64,000 nt of DNA, taken from the IMG/VR virus record IMGVR_UViG_3300035698_010479, positions 1 to 64,000 of that record. The stretch is one strand, 5' to 3'. The notes below the pieces were generated by a model, which saw nothing but the letters and a program-made list of their open reading frames with translations, was not told where the DNA came from and did no database searches. The translations under genes and the position numbers were made by a program. This document shows positions 58,610 to 64,000 of the stretch, piece by piece. Position 1 is the first letter of the stretch; the number at the start of each line of letters is the position of its first letter.

Positions 58610-58638
58610 TCCTTAGATGCTATGATGCGATAGGAGAA
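58610..58638 (+). promoter_or_regulatory. RBS-sequestering motif, copy 1 (before NMNAT-Nudix)
   Basis: TCCTTAGATGCTATGATGCGATAGGAGAA; TCCT can pair with AGGA. Confidence 0.45.
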
Positions 58639-58643
58639 GTGAA

Positions 58644-59540
58644 ATGAAAGAAAAACAAAATGCAGATGTAGGCGTAGTAATTGGTCGTTTTCAAGTAGAC
58701 GATCTCCACGAAGGTCATCTAAATCTACTTTCTACAGTAGAACAATCACACAGTAGACTTATAATCTTTATAGGTTTATCTTCATGTAAATGTACTTATA
58801 ACAATCCACTTGACTTTGAGTCGAGGCGAGCTATGTTACAAATACATTATCCAAAAGCAACCATCCTTTACATTAAAGACGTACATGACGACCTGTTTTG
58901 GTCTAAAGATCTCGATAATAAAATATCAGGTTTATTAGGTCCTGGTCAGACAGTCTGTCTTTATGGTAGTAGAGATTCATTTATTCCCTATTATCATGGT
59001 AAACTACCAGTAAGAGAGCTTGTTCAAGAAACTTATTTCTCAGGTACGGAGGTTCGTAAACAAGTAGCTATTAGATCCAATTCTTCTAGAGACTTTAGAG
59101 CTGGTGCTATATGGGCGCTAGGTAATCAGTATCCTTCTCCTAATTTTACAATTGATGTCGCTATATTTGATGATAATTTCACTCGAATTCTTCTTGGAAG
59201 GAAAGTGAAAGAAACAAAATATAGACTGATAGGTGGCTTTATTCAAAACTCTGAGAAGATTTCTGATGCAGTCGCAAGAGAAGCACTGGAAGAAACTCAT
59301 CTAGTATTAAATAATATTAAATACATTGATAGCTTCCCTTCAACTGATTGGCGTTACCGTAGCGAAAGAGATAAGATTACCACCATACTTCATACAGCAA
59401 CAATAAAATCAGGTGTGCCTGAACCGGATGATGACATCCATGAACTTCGTTGGTTTGATTTTAACAACGATATACTAGATCTAATTGTCCCCGAACATCT
59501 TGATATGCTAACTGTATTACTAAAGCTGTCAAGAAGTTAA
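58644..59540 (+). CDS. bifunctional NMN adenylyltransferase / Nudix (ADP-ribose pyrophosphatase), NadM-Nudix/NatV-like
   Basis: IGRFQ...HEGH, NPL....R, SGTEVR; Nudix box GGF...E....AV.REALEET. Confidence 0.9.
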   Translation: MKEKQNADVGVVIGRFQVDDLHEGHLNLLSTVEQSHSRLIIFIGLSSCKCTYNNPLDFESRRAMLQIHYPKATILYIKDVHDDLFWSKDLDNKISGLLGPGQTVCLYGSRDSFIPYYHGKLPVRELVQETYFSGTEVRKQVAIRSNSSRDFRAGAIWALGNQYPSPNFTIDVAIFDDNFTRILLGRKVKETKYRLIGGFIQNSEKISDAVAREALEETHLVLNNIKYIDSFPSTDWRYRSERDKITTILHTATIKSGVPEPDDDIHELRWFDFNNDILDLIVPEHLDMLTVLLKLSRS

Positions 59541-59817
59541 CAATGTTATAGGAGGATTATGAAACAAATAAAAATAAAGGAAGTAGTACTACCAATAAAA
59601 GTACCATCAGGTAAATATTGTTGGGAGCATCATATATCTGGCACTTGTAATTATTTTGATAATGAAGGAGGACACTCTTCTTGTGAATTAAAATTTCACT
59701 GCCAAAAAGATACTAAGCAGGGTGTTTTAAAAGATCCAGCATGTGCGGCGTTAGTAGATGTCTTGATTATTGATAATATATCATAAATTATTTGTCTTCA
59801 TCCAAGGTACTTACTAA

Positions 59818-60009
59818 ATGAAAACATACAAAGAAAGAAAAGAAGAAAGAAAAAAGCAGTACGAAAAACATGAGTTCGGTTGGCGTTCCCGTAAGTGTGG
59901 TGCCTGTGATGGTGCCGGTTACTACGACTATAACGGTTCACCTCCTTGTGGTGCCTGTGAAGGTACAGGTAAGGAGAAGTATACAGGACCAAAAATCTCC
60001 ATTCTATGA
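59818..60009 (+). CDS. small DnaJ-type zinc-finger protein
   Basis: CGACDGAG ... CGACEGTG. Confidence 0.65.
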   Translation: MKTYKERKEERKKQYEKHEFGWRSRKCGACDGAGYYDYNGSPPCGACEGTGKEKYTGPKISIL

Positions 60010-60045
60010 CCCGAAAGATGTTATGGACTGGTAAATATTAATTTA

Positions 60046-60072
60046 TTCTTAGATGCGTTGATGCAAGGAGAA
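60046..60072 (+). promoter_or_regulatory. RBS-sequestering motif, copy 2 (before NAMPT)
   Basis: TTCTTAGATGCGTTGATGCAAGGAGAA; TTCTT can pair with AAGGA. Confidence 0.45.
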
Positions 60073-60077
60073 AAATT

Positions 60078-61409
60078 ATGAGTAAGAGAAATGTAGTATT
60101 CACAACAGATAGTTATAAAGTTAGTCACTGGTTGCAGTTTCCTAAAAACGAAGGGTCATATTATTATATAGAATCTCGTGGCGGGGCAGAAACAGTGTTG
60201 TTTTATGGGCTTCAGATGATTATAAAAAAGCTTTTAGATCGTGTTCCAACTAAAGCTGAAGTTGAACGTGCTGCTAAATCATGGACTGAACATGGGGTTA
60301 CTTTTAATAAGAATGGATGGATGGCCCTATCTGAGCTTGGTTATTTCCCTATCGAAATTAAAGCTGTTGAAGAAGGTAAACTGGTTGGGACTAAAGAAGT
60401 ACAAGTAACTATTGAATCCACAGACAAACGGTTTGGTTGGTTACCTGGTTGGTTAGAAACTCGACTTTTACAGTTGTGGTATCCTACTACTGTTGCAACT
60501 AAACAATTTGAATGCAAGAAGATTATTATAAATTATCTAAATAAAACTGGTACTCCAGAAGATGCACCGTTTAAACTTCACTCCTTCGGCTACAGGGGTG
60601 CAAGCTCTGAAGAGTCAGCAGGCGTCGGAGGTTCTGCTGAACTTCTTACATCTATGGGTACAGATACAATTGTAGGAGTCTACACTGCACAGGATTATTA
60701 TAACACTGATGCTATGTTAGGCTTTAGTATTAATGCATCAGAACATAGCACTATAACTGCGTGGGGAAGAGAATTTGAAAAGGATGCATATGAAAATATG
60801 CTTGACCAATTCTTGAAGCCTGGTGCTATACTAGCTTGCGTGTCTGATAGTTATGACCTTAGTAAAGTAATACTTGAGTACTGGGGACGTGAGTTCAAGG
60901 ATAGGATTGTAAAATCTGGTGCTACTTTGGTAGTGCGTCCTGACTCAGGTGATCCTGTAACTATAGTACTTAGATCTTTGGAACAATTACGTTCAAGTTT
61001 TGGTGTAACTACAAACGACAAAGGTTATATGGTACTGCCTAATTGTGTAAGACTTATCCAAGGTGATGGTCTTGATGGGCCTGCAGAAATTGAAGCGATT
61101 CTTGCTGCAATGGAAGCTGTTGGTTGGTCTGCAGATAATATTGCTTTTGGTATGGGAGGTGGTTCTTTACAACAACTAAATCGTGATACATATAAATACG
61201 CTATGAAAATGTCCTCAATACTAGTTGATGGTGAGTGGCGGGATGTATATAAGCAACCTGCTGATGCTGCATGGAAAATTAGCAAGAAGGGGAGATTTGA
61301 TAATTTAAATCTTCCAACCGTATGGAAGGACGGAGTATTCATCCGTGAATATACTTTTGAGGAAGTACGAGCTAACGCTATGGAGGAACTCGAAAAAGTT
61401 TGCAGTTAA
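60078..61409 (+). CDS. nadV: nicotinamide phosphoribosyltransferase
   Basis: TDSYK.SH..Q.P, YIESRG, WYPTTVAT, LH.FG.RG, GTDT, ASEHS, VSDSYD, RPDSG.P, IQGDG, FGMGG..LQ..NRDT, KISKKGR. Confidence 0.93.
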   Translation: MSKRNVVFTTDSYKVSHWLQFPKNEGSYYYIESRGGAETVLFYGLQMIIKKLLDRVPTKAEVERAAKSWTEHGVTFNKNGWMALSELGYFPIEIKAVEEGKLVGTKEVQVTIESTDKRFGWLPGWLETRLLQLWYPTTVATKQFECKKIIINYLNKTGTPEDAPFKLHSFGYRGASSEESAGVGGSAELLTSMGTDTIVGVYTAQDYYNTDAMLGFSINASEHSTITAWGREFEKDAYENMLDQFLKPGAILACVSDSYDLSKVILEYWGREFKDRIVKSGATLVVRPDSGDPVTIVLRSLEQLRSSFGVTTNDKGYMVLPNCVRLIQGDGLDGPAEIEAILAAMEAVGWSADNIAFGMGGGSLQQLNRDTYKYAMKMSSILVDGEWRDVYKQPADAAWKISKKGRFDNLNLPTVWKDGVFIREYTFEEVRANAMEELEKVCS

Positions 61410-61979
61410 ATAATGTGTTGACGATACAAAATATCGTTAATTCAGAGGGCGCAGAAGGAAGTGTAATAAATGACAAGATTATATTGTACTTTGAGTGCCT
61501 GATGGTGTCGCCGAGGAGGTAAGCATTATGTGGGTCTGTCAAACCTTTATCTATGATACCGGCGATGCCGCATCTTATAGGAGTACTTATGGGATTTGCT
61601 GAAATTAAAAAGAAAGAAACACCATTACCACGTTATAAAAATACAGTTGTATGTCATAAATGTCACGCAGAATATAATAAAGATGTTCAATTTGTAAAAG
61701 GTATTACAGTATCTAGTAATACTGGTACTGACCTCGGTGACTTTATACCACTTGCTACAATAAGAATTGGTACTTGTCCTATGTGCTCAACAAGTGAAAA
61801 GATAACTTTATGAAAACAAAGACATCTAAGATATTAGAAACAGTTGATGTAATAGCCGGAAAAAGCTATCATCAGGGCACCTTTGCTAGCATTTCACATA
61901 AGTACCCTAGTGACTTTAGTAGAATGAGTAAAGAAATAAGTGAGCTACGTAAAAAGCTTGTTGATATGCTAGCAGATGA

Positions 61980-62012
<33 letters not shown>

Positions 62013-62162
62013 TCAAGTACTGGTCTCTAGAAGTTGTTGAGTTTAAAGTTAAACCACATAATAAAAGACCAAATTCAATATATAAGGACTCTAAAACATC
62101 AGGTCATATTACTAAATCAGGTGTTGGTATGGTAGGTAAACTAATTAAAAAAGGCTAATATT

Positions 62163-62912
62163 ATGCACTCACCGTTAAAATACTGTACTAAGGGTGTACC
62201 ACTACCAAATTATTTAATTGACGGACCAGAGCGTGTTTTAAACGTTTCTGAAGCTAATGTGGAAGTAGTTTACGGAGGTGATGGTTCAGTACTTCGTGGA
62301 GTACAAGGTATAGTAAAGAACAATGTACCAGACGTTCTAATACTTGGTATTAATACTGGACACGTTGGCTTCTTATCAAACGATATTAGTAAAGAACAAG
62401 CATTAGCTTTCCTTACCAATCCTAATGAGGCCCTTATTGAGAAGCGTAATATGTTACGTATAAGCAATAATGATACTGTATGGTATGCACTTAATGAAAT
62501 AGTAATTCAACCACTAAAAAGAGGACCATTATTTGAAACGCTGCTTAAAGTTGACAATGATGATTTAGTATATAAGGGAGATGGCTTGATAATTTCTACT
62601 CCTTCTGGTAGTACTGCTTATAATCTATCTGCTGGAGGACCTATTATACATCCAAGTACCAACGTGCTTGGTATTACACCTATATGCCCATTTTCTCTCG
62701 CTGCACGGCCTATTGTAGTACCGAATTCTGTAAAACTTCTTGTTAATACTTCTGCCGATGCTGAAATAACTATAGATGGTGTATCAGTGTTCGTTGGAGT
62801 ACTAAAGAATATGTCGATAGATCTTGCAGCATTTACTATAAATTTAGTTAAGTTTGACTCGTTTTTTGAGGCAATACATAATAAACTTGGGTGGAACTAC
62901 TCTATACGGTGA
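62163..62912 (+). CDS. nadK: NAD(+) kinase
   Basis: GGDGSVL, GINTG.VGFL, ALNE, GDGLIISTPSGSTAYNLSAGGP, PICP.SL..RP, IDG. Confidence 0.93.
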   Translation: MHSPLKYCTKGVPLPNYLIDGPERVLNVSEANVEVVYGGDGSVLRGVQGIVKNNVPDVLILGINTGHVGFLSNDISKEQALAFLTNPNEALIEKRNMLRISNNDTVWYALNEIVIQPLKRGPLFETLLKVDNDDLVYKGDGLIISTPSGSTAYNLSAGGPIIHPSTNVLGITPICPFSLAARPIVVPNSVKLLVNTSADAEITIDGVSVFVGVLKNMSIDLAAFTINLVKFDSFFEAIHNKLGWNYSIR

Positions 62913-62917
62913 CTAGT

Positions 62918-63373
62918 ATGATACAACTTATAAACGAAGATATTCTTGGTAACTTAGATACAAATAAACAAAAAACAATTATTCTTCATGGGTGTAATTG
63001 TTTCCACACAATGGGTTCTGGTATTGCTAAATACTTAAGAGCCAAATTTCCAAAGGTTTACACAGTAGATATTACTACTACTAAACGTGGTGATAAATCA
63101 AAGCTTGGTACTTTTAGTACAGCAATCATTGAGGATAGATTTGTAATACTTAATTGTTATACACAATTCAGATATGGTAGAGATAACATCCTGTATGCTA
63201 ACTATGCAGCTATAGAAAAATGTTTTAGACAGGTGGCTTTGCAGTATGATAATTCATGGGAAGTACGGCTTCCAAAAATAGGGTGCGGATTGGCAGGTGG
63301 TGATTGGAATATTGTAGGGCCATTGTTGATGATGCATTTAAACAATCATAGTACTAAAGTTTATTATAAGTAA
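62918..63373 (+). CDS. macro domain protein (ADP-ribose processing, TARG1/Poa1-like)
   Basis: HGCNCFHTMGSGIA, NCYTQ, PKIGCGLAGGDW. Confidence 0.9.
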   Translation: MIQLINEDILGNLDTNKQKTIILHGCNCFHTMGSGIAKYLRAKFPKVYTVDITTTKRGDKSKLGTFSTAIIEDRFVILNCYTQFRYGRDNILYANYAAIEKCFRQVALQYDNSWEVRLPKIGCGLAGGDWNIVGPLLMMHLNNHSTKVYYK

Positions 63374-63384
63374 GAGGTGTATAA

Positions 63385-63783
63385 ATGGGTTTATATTTGG
63401 AGCTTTACCATGGCAGAAAAGTACTTGACGTAGATATGAATGGTTGGGGTTTTCATGGTCCAATTATAGGGCCACTAGAGCATATAAGTATGACTTATAT
63501 GGATATACTACGTGTGTTCTGTACATCCAATGACGTGGCAAAAGAATGCGGATTTGAAGACAAAGAAGATGTGTGGTTGACACATAAAGAAGGCTGTGTT
63601 GAATTTCAAGGTAATTATTACGGTGATTGGTCTTTACAAATAATGACCGATGATAAAGTTAAACTATTAAGAGAAGAAGTAACAAGGGTAAATGCTATAC
63701 CTTATAATGTTGATAGTACTTTCATAGACAAAAATAAGAATCCACCTGAAACAATTAATGTCGCTAATATCAGAAGATTTTAA
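63385..63783 (+). CDS. hypothetical protein
   Basis: GAGG RBS; LYL.LYHGR...WG..GP...YYGDW. Confidence 0.6.
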   Translation: MGLYLELYHGRKVLDVDMNGWGFHGPIIGPLEHISMTYMDILRVFCTSNDVAKECGFEDKEDVWLTHKEGCVEFQGNYYGDWSLQIMTDDKVKLLREEVTRVNAIPYNVDSTFIDKNKNPPETINVANIRRF

Positions 63784-64000
63784 AATTGACAAGCCTTGGG
63801 ACGTATTAAAAGTATACCCAGAAACAGCATGGCAAGTAATCAAAACTTTACATGATGAGAATATATCACTGAAAGAAGAAAAAGCCAAAACAGATAAGAT
63901 TATTCATAATTTAATTGCATCGCTAGAAGCAGAAGTTAAACTTTACTAAGGTTACTGTAATGCTAAAAGAAATAAAAAAGAAGTCTTTTGCTAATGGTTG

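Overview
AT-rich window with essentially all real genes on the + strand, tightly packed. It reads as part of a large (jumbo-type) dsDNA phage genome; no virion structural genes were recognised in the window. PEP-CTERM proteins and a PgpH-like HD domain suggest a Gram-negative host with exosortase, possibly Desulfobacterota-like (inference). Main blocks: (1) 1.6-7.9 kb, membrane module (K+ channel with RCK domain, TAXI-fusion protein, DUF2491-like protein, PspA/IM30); (2) DNA ligase, CCA-adding enzyme and phosphoesterases; (3) 13-40 kb, a greatly expanded phiEco32-type amide/peptide-ligase cluster that also encloses a compact single-chain beta+beta' RNA polymerase, SSB and an intein-containing SF2 helicase, followed by RuvB; (4) 42.7-58.6 kb, an RNA island with ten tRNAs (one with a group I intron), a Ro60/TROVE gene, six Y-RNA-like elements in two circularly permuted forms (four carry anticodon-like stem-loops), a split mimic of the 23S rRNA L11-binding GTPase-associated centre, and many unassigned structured RNAs; (5) (p)ppGpp- and c-di-AMP-type HD hydrolases and an NAD salvage set (NMNAT-Nudix, NAMPT, NAD kinase, macro domain). 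All calls are from motif recognition by eye; no searches or folding programs were run.
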